A DNA stretch of 64,000 bases from Bacteroidales bacterium (lineage in GTDB: Bacteria > Bacteroidota > Bacteroidia > Bacteroidales > UBA12077), in assembly GCA_028282585.1 (NCBI GenBank), contig JANQHR010000011.1, positions 8,595-72,594 on the forward strand. Reading direction: 5' to 3'. The translations under genes and the position numbers were made by a program. Positions within the stretch are counted from its first letter, which is position 1, and the number at the start of each line of letters is the position of its first letter. Below the pieces are notes generated by a model, which saw only the letters and a program-made list of their open reading frames with translations, did no database searches and had not been told where the DNA came from. Of the stretch, positions 51,515 to 60,927 are shown piece after piece.

Positions 51515-51892
51515 ATGAAAAACTTTCTACTTTATATAACATTCATGATTCTATTTGGTTCTTTATATGCATCACCAAAACATTTGAAACAAAATCCGTT
51601 TGGTAATGAAATACAACCTGATTCAACGAATGTTTTTGATATTCAAAAATTAAAACTATATCCTAATCCGGCTAGAGATTATATCTTTATTGAGTACGAT
51701 GTGATTTATATAAAAGAAGCAAAGCTTCAGATATATAACTCAATAGGAGCAGTTGTCTATACCAAAACGCTTGAAGAAAAACAAGATAATTTAAGAATTT
51801 CGGTTACTGACTATAAGAACGGTTTGTATTTTTGTTCCTTACAAATTGATGGAAAATTGTTAAATACAAAGAAAATTTTAATTAATCGTTAA
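51515..51892 (+). CDS. Small protein consisting of little more than a signal peptide and a T9SS CTD
   Basis: LKLYPNPARD...IYNSIG...NGLYFCSL...TKKILI; ATG 51515. Confidence 0.85.
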   Translation: MKNFLLYITFMILFGSLYASPKHLKQNPFGNEIQPDSTNVFDIQKLKLYPNPARDYIFIEYDVIYIKEAKLQIYNSIGAVVYTKTLEEKQDNLRISVTDYKNGLYFCSLQIDGKLLNTKKILINR

Positions 51893-52577
51893 GATATTTT
51901 TCCTTTAATATATTGATAAGCCGGCGAACTCCAATGCTGGCTTTTTCTTTTATAAATGTTACTTCTTTGTTCCATGTATAAACTTCATTCGGATCAATTA
52001 AAAAGATGGGAATACCTTTAGGTACATAATCCAGTAACCCTGCCGCAGGATATACATTTAATGAAGTACCTATTACAACAAAAATATCTGCAGTTTGACA
52101 AATACTTGCAGCTTCGGAAATAGCTGGAACAGCTTCTCCAAACCAAACTATATGTGGTCTTAATTGAGAACCTTTTTCACACGTATCTCCCATTTTTAAT
52201 TCCCATTTGTCTAATTCGTAAATTAAATCAGGATCAGCTGTACTTCTCGCTTTTTTTAATTCACCATGTAAATGTAAAACCTTGGTACTTCCTGCTCTTT
52301 CGTGCAAATCATCTACGTTTTGAGTAACTATTTGAACATCGAAAAATTCTTCTAATTCAAATAATCCAAAATGTCCATAATTTGGAACAGCTTCAAAAAG
52401 TTTTTTTCTACGTTCATTATAAAATCGCATAACCAGTTCAGGGTTACTTTCCCAGGCATGCGGACTTGCCACTTCCATTACATCGTATTCTTCCCATAGT
52501 CCGCCCATTTCTCGAAATGTTCTTATTCCGCTTTCTGCGCTAATTCCTGATCCGGTTAAAACAATAAGTTTTTTCAT
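51882..52577 (-). CDS. cobB: NAD-dependent deacylase (sirtuin)
   Basis: GSGISAESGIRTFR, YNERR, TQNVDDLHERAG, HLHG, RPHIVWFGE, GTSL.VYPAA. Confidence 0.95.
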   Translation of the reverse strand: MKKLIVLTGSGISAESGIRTFREMGGLWEEYDVMEVASPHAWESNPELVMRFYNERRKKLFEAVPNYGHFGLFELEEFFDVQIVTQNVDDLHERAGSTKVLHLHGELKKARSTADPDLIYELDKWELKMGDTCEKGSQLRPHIVWFGEAVPAISEAASICQTADIFVVIGTSLNVYPAAGLLDYVPKGIPIFLIDPNEVYTWNKEVTFIKEKASIGVRRLINILKEKYLND

Positions 52578-52725
52578 TATCTATATTTAAAATCAGTGTG
52601 TTAAAACTTTACTAATTTACGGAACTTTTCTTTTTTATGAAATATTCAAGTATTTGTACCTTTTTTTAGTAATTTAGCCTATGTATTCAGTTTTATAAGG
52701 TGCTGAATTTCTGACAAATAGACTT

Positions 52726-54675
52726 ATGATTGACCATAGTACCATACTAAGAATAATTGACACTGCCGAGATAACTGAAGTTGTTCAGGACTTTGTTAAT
52801 TTAAAGAAGCGTGGTGTAAATTATTTGGGATTGTGTCCTTTTCATAACGAAAAAACACCATCATTTACTGTTTCTCCTTCAAAAGGAATATATAAATGCT
52901 TTGGTTGTGGCAAGGGAGGAAATTCAGTTAATTTTATTATGGAACATGAGCATTTGAGTTATCCTGAAGCTTTAAAATATCTAGCTAAGAAATATAATAT
53001 TGAGGTTGTAGAGAAGGAACTTACGGCAGAGGAAATTCAACAACAAAATGAGCGAGACAGTCTTTTGGTTGTAACCAAATATGCAAATTCGTACTTTCAA
53101 GACAAGTTACACAATAATACTGATGGAAGAGCAATTGGATTAAGTTATTTCAAAGAAAGAGGATTTCGTGAAGACATTATCAAAAAATTTGAATTAGGAT
53201 ATAGTTTAGATGTTCGTGATGCTTTGACTATTGCTGCTAAGGAAAAAGGTTATAAGATCGATTTTCTTGAGAAAACGGGATTAACTATTGTTAATGAAAA
53301 TGGTCAATATGATCGTTTTCGGGGACGTGTAATTTTTCCTATCCATGGCTTGTCAGGAAATGTTATTGGCTTTGGAGGAAGAATCTTAAAAAAAGATGCA
53401 AAAGCGGCCAAATATTTGAACTCTCCGGAATCGGATATTTATCATAAAAGTAAGGTATTATACGGAATGTATTATGCCAAAAAAAGTATTACTCAACTTG
53501 ATAAATGTTACTTAGTTGAAGGTTATACGGATGTAATCTCTATGCATCAATCAGGAATAGAGAATGTTGTAGCTTCTTCTGGTACTTCATTAACAGTAGA
53601 GCAAATTAGGTTAGTAAAACGTTTTACGCCAAATGTAACAATAATTTATGATGGTGATGCTGCCGGAATAAAAGCTTCACTTCGAGGGATTGATCTGGTT
53701 TTGGAACAAGGATTAAATGTAAAAGTTCTGTTATTACCTGATGGCGAAGATCCGGATTCTTTTGCAAAATCTAATAGTTCAACTGAACTTGAGGAATTTA
53801 TCAAAAAAAATGAAGAAGATTTTATCACATTTAAGACACGTTTGTTATTTGATGAAGCAAAAAACGACCCGGTAAGAAAAGCAAATCTCATAACCGATAT
53901 TGTTCGATCTATTGCTGTAATACCGGAAACTATTATAAGAACTGTATATATAAAAGAGTGTAGTAACATTCTTGAAATTGACGAAAAAGTTCTTTACGGT
54001 GAAATAAACAAGATCCGAAGGAAAAATTACGAAAAAGAGTATAAAAGAACAATCTCACCTGATGAAACTTTTAAAACAGCATCGCCAACTGTGCCTTCGT
54101 TTGTTGATGATGTTTATTCCGAAGCTCAGGAAAAAGAAATTATTCGTTTATTGTTGCATTATTCTGAACAAACGCTATATACATATCAGGAAGATAAATA
54201 TGATGAGCCAAGACAAGTTTCTGTAGCAGAATATATTATTGGAGAAATTTTAAACGATGATTTAGAGTTTAAAAATTTAATTTATAAGCAGATATTTCAG
54301 GAATATTTAGCTGCATTAAATTCTGGAGAACAAATCGACAAAAAGCATTTTATTTATCATTCCGATCCGGGAATATCTAAACTTGCTGCAGATTTATTAA
54401 GTACTTCCTATACATTAAGTAAAATCTTTAAAAAAGGAGGTGTTCATATTGAAACGGAGGAGATGAAATTAAAGCAGTTAGTGCCGGAAACAATAATAGC
54501 ATATAAAAGAAAAATTTTGGAGATTGCACAAAGCGATGCAAAATCCAGATTAAAAGAGTTTCAAGACTCTAATGCATCTCCTGAAGAAATTGATCAGTTG
54601 CAAAAAGAATTTATGCGAATCACTTCTGTTATTAGTGCAATTTCAAAAGACCGGGGCTGGGTTGCATTTAAATAA
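52726..54675 (+). CDS. dnaG: DNA primase
   Basis: CPFHNEKTPSF...CFGC zinc finger, KYLNSPE, VEGYTDV, DGDAAG, DPD. Confidence 0.98.
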   Translation: MIDHSTILRIIDTAEITEVVQDFVNLKKRGVNYLGLCPFHNEKTPSFTVSPSKGIYKCFGCGKGGNSVNFIMEHEHLSYPEALKYLAKKYNIEVVEKELTAEEIQQQNERDSLLVVTKYANSYFQDKLHNNTDGRAIGLSYFKERGFREDIIKKFELGYSLDVRDALTIAAKEKGYKIDFLEKTGLTIVNENGQYDRFRGRVIFPIHGLSGNVIGFGGRILKKDAKAAKYLNSPESDIYHKSKVLYGMYYAKKSITQLDKCYLVEGYTDVISMHQSGIENVVASSGTSLTVEQIRLVKRFTPNVTIIYDGDAAGIKASLRGIDLVLEQGLNVKVLLLPDGEDPDSFAKSNSSTELEEFIKKNEEDFITFKTRLLFDEAKNDPVRKANLITDIVRSIAVIPETIIRTVYIKECSNILEIDEKVLYGEINKIRRKNYEKEYKRTISPDETFKTASPTVPSFVDDVYSEAQEKEIIRLLLHYSEQTLYTYQEDKYDEPRQVSVAEYIIGEILNDDLEFKNLIYKQIFQEYLAALNSGEQIDKKHFIYHSDPGISKLAADLLSTSYTLSKIFKKGGVHIETEEMKLKQLVPETIIAYKRKILEIAQSDAKSRLKEFQDSNASPEEIDQLQKEFMRITSVISAISKDRGWVAFK

Positions 54676-54823
54676 TAGTTCTTTGTTTTTTTGTTATAAT
54701 ACAAAAAGTAAAAAAAGCTTTTACGATAAATTGATTAATTCGATTTCCTGCCCGTTTTATTTCTTCACTATTTAGGTAACGATCGGTAAATTATATATTA
54801 CAAATAAAAAAAAGAATATTTAA

Positions 54824-54851
54824 AAATCCGGTTAAATATATAACCGGATTT
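54824..54851. terminator. Terminator hairpin between convergent dnaG and creD
   Basis: AAATCCGGTTA-AATATA-TAACCGGATTT. Confidence 0.75.
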
Positions 54852-54878
54852 AATGAAAACTAAACTAAACCAAACCAA

Positions 54879-56219
54879 TCAACTTACTATATTTGAAATA
54901 TCATTACCATTATTATTGTTATTAAGATTGGAATACCAGTTTACTTTTCGTGATAAGTACATTACTATAGCTAAAGCTAAGAATAATCCAATGCTTCCTA
55001 GTAATAGAGAATAATCTTGCAGTTGTAGAATAATAAATAAGAAAGCATAGAGTATAATTAGTACTAGAGCTACAATAGATGTAAGCCGTACATTGTTAAA
55101 TATACTATACGAATATGTCGTAATTAAAGCAATTATTGCAAAACTTGCTATAAAGTAGGCCAGGTTAAAACTGAAATGTTCGGATAATGATACTAGGAGA
55201 GTGTAAAAGATGCTTAAACCTAAACCTACTAGCAAGTATTGAATCGGATGAATCCGTTTTTTATTTAATATTTCTGTAAAAAAGAAGATCAGAAATGTTA
55301 ATGATATAAACATAATAGCATATTTAACTGATCTTTCTGATTTTTGATAATGATCTACCGGAAGTAATAATTTTACTCCAAACGATGATGAATTTATTCC
55401 ATAACCATCGCCAATCCATTGTTGTGGATAAGAACGATTTAAATGTAAAACTTTCCATTCTGCTTCAAACCCATTTTCAACAATGTTATGATCGGCCGGT
55501 AAAAATGCACCGTCGAAACTGGGATTTGCCCAACCTGAAGTTAATTTCACATCTGTTTGTTTTCCTAGTGGTACAAAGTATAAATATTCACTTCCATTTA
55601 ATTTAAGGTCAAACTGAAAATTATATTTATTTTTATTATTAAGGCCAATTAACGTTGATACTCCGGTATAAGTAGTTTGATGATTTATACCTGGATTTAC
55701 ATCATATTGTTCTTTATTCCATTGTACTTTTATGGCTTCTTTAATTCCCCTCATATCGGGAATTCGTATTGATAAAGTCGCCTGATCCCACAAAATGTTT
55801 TTATCTTGTATTTTCCAATCACTAAAATCGGGCTTGTTGAAGGTTCCTTCAAAATTTAATTTAGTTTTATAAACAACCACTTTGTATATGCCTCTTTTCC
55901 TTTCTTCCGGATAAACTTCTCCTTGTATATTTAAATTTTCCGGAAGAAAATGAGCATATTGAATGTCCTCAATAATTTCTTTATCTTTTTTGTAATAAAC
56001 TTTATAAGGTATAGTTATAATAGGACCTCCAATAGTTTGTGGGTTTCCCCATTTATAACTTACCTCAGAAATAGCAGAGTTTCTCAAAGAGTTTCTTTCC
56101 TGGATTAATCTTCTTATCATTCCTGCCGGAATAAGAAGTACTAATATTAAAATCCCGATTACAATAAACTTGATTGTTACCGAATTTCGTACCCAGAATT
56201 TTGATTCGTTTTGCGACAT
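54879..56219 (-). CDS. creD: Cell envelope integrity protein CreD
   Basis: PSFDGAFLP, YQKSERSVKYA, HPIQYLLVG, LLVSLSEH. Confidence 0.95.
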   Translation of the reverse strand: MSQNESKFWVRNSVTIKFIVIGILILVLLIPAGMIRRLIQERNSLRNSAISEVSYKWGNPQTIGGPIITIPYKVYYKKDKEIIEDIQYAHFLPENLNIQGEVYPEERKRGIYKVVVYKTKLNFEGTFNKPDFSDWKIQDKNILWDQATLSIRIPDMRGIKEAIKVQWNKEQYDVNPGINHQTTYTGVSTLIGLNNKNKYNFQFDLKLNGSEYLYFVPLGKQTDVKLTSGWANPSFDGAFLPADHNIVENGFEAEWKVLHLNRSYPQQWIGDGYGINSSSFGVKLLLPVDHYQKSERSVKYAIMFISLTFLIFFFTEILNKKRIHPIQYLLVGLGLSIFYTLLVSLSEHFSFNLAYFIASFAIIALITTYSYSIFNNVRLTSIVALVLIILYAFLFIILQLQDYSLLLGSIGLFLALAIVMYLSRKVNWYSNLNNNNNGNDISNIVS

Positions 56220-56313
56220 TAATTTAAGTTTTGTTTGCTAAATTAATTACTCAAATTAACGGGAAAAATTGTATTACAGCAAGTTAATAAAAGTTAAAAG
56301 GTATGAAAATGTA

Positions 56314-59300
56314 TTAAATACGAAACTTGTTAAGTGTAAAAGTAATTGAAGTTCCCTTTTTAGGTTCGCTTTTTATTTCTATAGTACCACCATTTTTTTC
56401 AACAAATTCTTTACAAAGGATTAAACCTAATCCCGAACCCTTTTCGTTCGATAATCCAGGTCTTGTATAATGTTTATCAATCCTGAAAAGCTTTTTCTGA
56501 TCTTCCTTACTTATTCCAATTCCAGAGTCCACAACAGAATATTTTATCATGTCATTTTCACCAGTACATAAAATATTAATTTTACCGTTCTCCGGAGTAA
56601 ATTTCACTGCATTTGAAAGCAAATTCCTAATAATGGTTTTTACCATATTTTCATCTGCAAAAACTAGGTATTCCTTAATAATTGATGAATTCAAAGAAAT
56701 ATTTTTAGAATCAACTTTCCTTTTTATAAGTTCAACACTTTCGCTTGTAAGAAGTTTTAAATCAATAGGTTTTGGCTCAAACTTAATTTCGCCCATTTGA
56801 CTCGATGACCAATCTAATAAGTTCTCAAGAAGATTATAGGTAGTTTGAGAAAGCTTATTTAGCTCGCCTATAAAGGTTTTAGTTTGAGTTTTATCGTATT
56901 CATCAAAATCGTTTAATATAATATTAGTTGACCCGGCTAGCGTACTTATAGGATTTCGAAGGTCGTGTGCAATAATTCTAAAAAACTTATTTTTAGTTGC
57001 ATTACTAATTGCTAATTTATCTCTTTGTTCTTCAATTTCCTTCTCCGCTTTTTTTATTTTAGTAATGTCCGTATCAATTGCAATAATATTAATAATATCT
57101 CCATCCTTATCTAAAACAGGTGTTAAAGTAGTCTGAGCCCAAATATCTTTACCATTTCGATTTTTTGTCTTAAACTCGTATACAACAGATATTTTTTCTT
57201 CAACACAAGTTCTTAATACTTCTTTTATATTTGGATTGTCACTTCCTTCTATGATGTTAATAATCTTTTCCTTTTTAAACTGATCATATGTGTAGCCATA
57301 CATTCGAGTAAAGCCTTCATTAATCCATTGCATGTTAAGCTCTTTATCAAATATAGCTATACCATTGTCAGTTTCACTGGCAACTTTTGATAATTTTTTT
57401 AACTCTATATTAGCTTTTTTAAGTTTTAGGGCTTGATTTGTAATTTCCCATTTTTGTTTTTCGAGTTCTTCATTTTTAGCACTAATTCTTTCATTAGCAT
57501 CTTTTAGATGCTCGGCTTGTACAAAAATTTCTTCTTTTTGCATTAGAATTTCCTGAGTGCGCTCAATAACAACCTTTTCGAGTTTTTCCTTTTCTTTTAT
57601 TAAACGATACGTGTATAATCGTACAATAATTATTATCAAAACAATCCCAATAATTATATAGGCTAAAATAGCACCAAACCTTCTATACCACGGTGGTAAA
57701 ATTTTGAATTTGAACTCAGCAGGTTCACTTTCAATTTCATAAAGATTTTTAGCCTTAACCTTAAATATATAATCTTTTTCTCTCAGGTTAGTATATTCCT
57801 TTTTAGTTTCTGTAGTCCAAGCAGACCATTCCTCATCATATCCTTCAAGATAATAACTATATTGATTTTTAGATTCATCTTCATATGATGGAACAGTATA
57901 GTTAAAAGTAATAGAGTTATCTTTATATTCTAGAATTGTCTCGATATCAACTGTCGGATCAGTTTTAAGCAATCTCTTAATGGTAGTGTCTTCTATATTT
58001 TCTACCATTATAAAATTTGTGCCGTTATAAATTGTTGAATCGCCTATCGATACTTTTCGTATAAGAGTAGGATTTAAACTGTAATCTTTAATTTGCGTAG
58101 GATAATGCCTGAAAACACCGTTTAAAGTGCTAAACCACATCATTGAATCAGCGTAAGTAGTTACAAAAAGACTTGAAGTTCTTTCTCCATAAACTTTGTA
58201 CCATGATAAGGAATCAATAATTTTTTCAGAAGTTTCTTTTTTTAACGAATCTTTAGAAAACACGTACTCCGAAAAGGTATTGGAATCGTTCAATATTAGA
58301 AACTTATTATTACTGATAAAAACTAATTCATTGCTAATATTAGCTAATCGCACAGATTGTACAGAAGATAACCCGTCGCTTTCATCAAATAAGCGAATTT
58401 TTGCTTTACCCTTATCAAGTGGATTCTGAATTTTATAAACTCCCTTATAACTCGCACTAGCCCATATATTGCCTAAAGAATCCTCGATAAGTTCATGAAT
58501 CTTATCATTATTAAGGTATTGTATTCCGTGGTCGTTCCATTTTCCATTGGAGTAACTTAATAGAGCAATTCCATTATTTAAGCCCAAGAAAATCTTTGAA
58601 GGATCCTTTTTATATTGATAGATTTCAAATATTCCGCTATAATCAGATATAAGTATTGATTTATGGCATTTTATTTGATATAATCCGGTGCTTGATGCAA
58701 CTAAAAGCATTACATCTTTAGATGAAGGATTGTATTTGATCGTTTCATCCATTAACTTATTATAAAGTGTGCCGAAATCTGATGATGGCGAAATAAAATA
58801 TAAAAACCCCCAAGCTTGTTCAAACCTGCCCTTTACTGGTTTAAAAGTGTTTATAGAGTAATTAATTTGATCTGATTTTCTCGGTGTATAATAAACTCCT
58901 GTACCTGTTGAAACATATAAAATATCATCTAAACTTGCTACATCTGAAACGGTGCCATGGATTCCTTTATCAACATTCCAGTAACGAAAAGGAGATAAAA
59001 CATCTATTTGTTTTATTCCATCTGCCATAGCAATCCATAAAGCTTTATCTTTTTCAAAATACAAATACTGAGGTGAACTTACCACTCCGGTTGATTCTTC
59101 ATTTATAATATCAACTACTTCCCAATTATTATTTACAATTAGAACTCCACCGGTAATTGATCCAAGGGCAAAAAAATCATCATTTAATTTTATTCCGTAA
59201 TAAAATATGTGCTCGAGCAAATAATGATTAAGTTTTTTTGCATTAACACTTAATTCCGAAAAAGACGTGTATTTATTAGATTTTTTAGATTTATCTAATA

Positions 59301-59988
59301 AATACAAACCTTCAGTTCTTGTGCATACCAATAGCTTATCCTTGAAAGGAATAATTGCATGAATTCGTTTATCTGAAAAAAAATCACCATTCTCAATTAG
59401 TATCAATGAGTCTTTTACAAGTTTTTTTAAACCGGCTCCCATTTCTTGAACATAAAGTTCATTTTCAATTTCAAAACTTAGATAAAATCGTTCTTTGGTT
59501 TTAGTCCAATAATCAAATTGTTGATTCTTATATCTAAATAAGTAATTATCAGTTAAAAAATAGGTATCATGTTCTATACAATGAATATCCCATACATCTC
59601 CGAAACTTAAATAGCTTGAATCCAGCAGGTGAATTAAAGAATTGTATTTTAAATCTCCTTTCTCATCTGGTAAAAGGTATCCGAGTTCGTTAAATGCGCC
59701 AGCATATAGAATATTTTTATCGTCAATGGCAAGATTACGTACAGTGGAATAATTTGGCATAAAAATTTTTCTCCATTCGCTACCGTCATATTCCAGGATG
59801 CAATTAGAGTTTCCAAAATACATTACACCTCTAGAGTCTTTAACAATGGACCAATTTTGTAATGGTGCATCATAATCTTCCGGCGAATAGTGTTTTGAAA
59901 TTAAAAGACCTCTTTCCTGAGCGGGTAAAGCGATTGTAATAGAAAAAAATAGAATGATGAATATTATATGTTTACGATATATTTTCAG
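56314..59988 (-). CDS. Sensor histidine kinase with periplasmic beta-propeller/Y_Y_Y, PAS, HisKA and HATPase domains
   Basis: YSYYLEGYDEEWS, KILPPWY+TM, PAS, IAHDLRNP, GSGLGL; frame stays open upstream of ATG 59823 to CTG at 59988 and encodes a signal peptide. Confidence 0.88.
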   Translation of the reverse strand: MKIYRKHIIFIILFFSITIALPAQERGLLISKHYSPEDYDAPLQNWSIVKDSRGVMYFGNSNCILEYDGSEWRKIFMPNYSTVRNLAIDDKNILYAGAFNELGYLLPDEKGDLKYNSLIHLLDSSYLSFGDVWDIHCIEHDTYFLTDNYLFRYKNQQFDYWTKTKERFYLSFEIENELYVQEMGAGLKKLVKDSLILIENGDFFSDKRIHAIIPFKDKLLVCTRTEGLYLLDKSKKSNKYTSFSELSVNAKKLNHYLLEHIFYYGIKLNDDFFALGSITGGVLIVNNNWEVVDIINEESTGVVSSPQYLYFEKDKALWIAMADGIKQIDVLSPFRYWNVDKGIHGTVSDVASLDDILYVSTGTGVYYTPRKSDQINYSINTFKPVKGRFEQAWGFLYFISPSSDFGTLYNKLMDETIKYNPSSKDVMLLVASSTGLYQIKCHKSILISDYSGIFEIYQYKKDPSKIFLGLNNGIALLSYSNGKWNDHGIQYLNNDKIHELIEDSLGNIWASASYKGVYKIQNPLDKGKAKIRLFDESDGLSSVQSVRLANISNELVFISNNKFLILNDSNTFSEYVFSKDSLKKETSEKIIDSLSWYKVYGERTSSLFVTTYADSMMWFSTLNGVFRHYPTQIKDYSLNPTLIRKVSIGDSTIYNGTNFIMVENIEDTTIKRLLKTDPTVDIETILEYKDNSITFNYTVPSYEDESKNQYSYYLEGYDEEWSAWTTETKKEYTNLREKDYIFKVKAKNLYEIESEPAEFKFKILPPWYRRFGAILAYIIIGIVLIIIIVRLYTYRLIKEKEKLEKVVIERTQEILMQKEEIFVQAEHLKDANERISAKNEELEKQKWEITNQALKLKKANIELKKLSKVASETDNGIAIFDKELNMQWINEGFTRMYGYTYDQFKKEKIINIIEGSDNPNIKEVLRTCVEEKISVVYEFKTKNRNGKDIWAQTTLTPVLDKDGDIINIIAIDTDITKIKKAEKEIEEQRDKLAISNATKNKFFRIIAHDLRNPISTLAGSTNIILNDFDEYDKTQTKTFIGELNKLSQTTYNLLENLLDWSSSQMGEIKFEPKPIDLKLLTSESVELIKRKVDSKNISLNSSIIKEYLVFADENMVKTIIRNLLSNAVKFTPENGKINILCTGENDMIKYSVVDSGIGISKEDQKKLFRIDKHYTRPGLSNEKGSGLGLILCKEFVEKNGGTIEIKSEPKKGTSITFTLNKFRI

Positions 59989-59990
59989 AG

Positions 59991-60704
59991 TTAATTATTT
60001 TTAACTTGGTTTAAGTTTTCTAATATTTCTATTACTTCTTCTTTAAATTTTCTACCTATAGGTAATTCAATTGATCCAATGTCGATTCCTGATAAGCTAT
60101 ATGCATCAATTTTATCAGTTGCAACCATAAATGATCTATGAATTCGTAAAAACTTTTTATTATCTAAAATTGACTCAAAATAGCCTAATTGCTTTTTTGT
60201 AATTACCGTTTTGCATGAGGTTACTACTTTTACATAATCTTTTATACTCTCCAAATAAAGTATATTCTTTAAATATACTTTAACCATCTTCTTGTTTTCT
60301 TTTAGGTAAAGAATATCCTCAGCATTTATGTTCTCTTTTGTTTTTTCCTTTTTGTTATCATAAACCCTATTTACAGCGGTTAATAGTCGTTCAAAGCTAA
60401 TTGGTTTTACAATATAATCTTCAACGTTTAATTCAAATCCCTCAATTGCATAATTTCTATTTGCCGTTGTAAAAATTACTGAAGGAGAAGTTGATAAACT
60501 CTTGAGAAAATCTACTCCTGAAATATTCGGCATTTCTATATCTAAGAAAATCAGATCAACTTCATTTTCTTTAAGAAATTCATAAACAGGTATAGCGTTA
60601 TCGAATCTTCCTATTATTTCAATATACGGAATCTTTTTTAAGTAACCTTCAATAATCGTTATAGCTAATGGTTCATCATCGACTACAACACATTTTAAAT
60701 CCAT
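59991..60704 (-). CDS. LytTR family response regulator
   Basis: VVDDEPLA, FLDIEMP, FTTA, KP, FLRIHRSF. Confidence 0.95.
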   Translation of the reverse strand: MDLKCVVVDDEPLAITIIEGYLKKIPYIEIIGRFDNAIPVYEFLKENEVDLIFLDIEMPNISGVDFLKSLSTSPSVIFTTANRNYAIEGFELNVEDYIVKPISFERLLTAVNRVYDNKKEKTKENINAEDILYLKENKKMVKVYLKNILYLESIKDYVKVVTSCKTVITKKQLGYFESILDNKKFLRIHRSFMVATDKIDAYSLSGIDIGSIELPIGRKFKEEVIEILENLNQVKNN

Positions 60705-60927
60705 AAATAGTTTTAAATTAGGCGATTAAGCGAGACGTCTATTTGAAATTAACGAGCAATATAAAAATTATTTTTAAGAAACACTTAATCTATTTCAATA
60801 AAAATTTAGATAATCTGAGCAAATTAGTTTTTTGGGGTAGGTATTTGCTTTTTGTCTATGCTAGAAAATATTATGATATTATAATTATAACTTAATATTC
60901 AATTTTTAACCCATAAATTATTTACTT

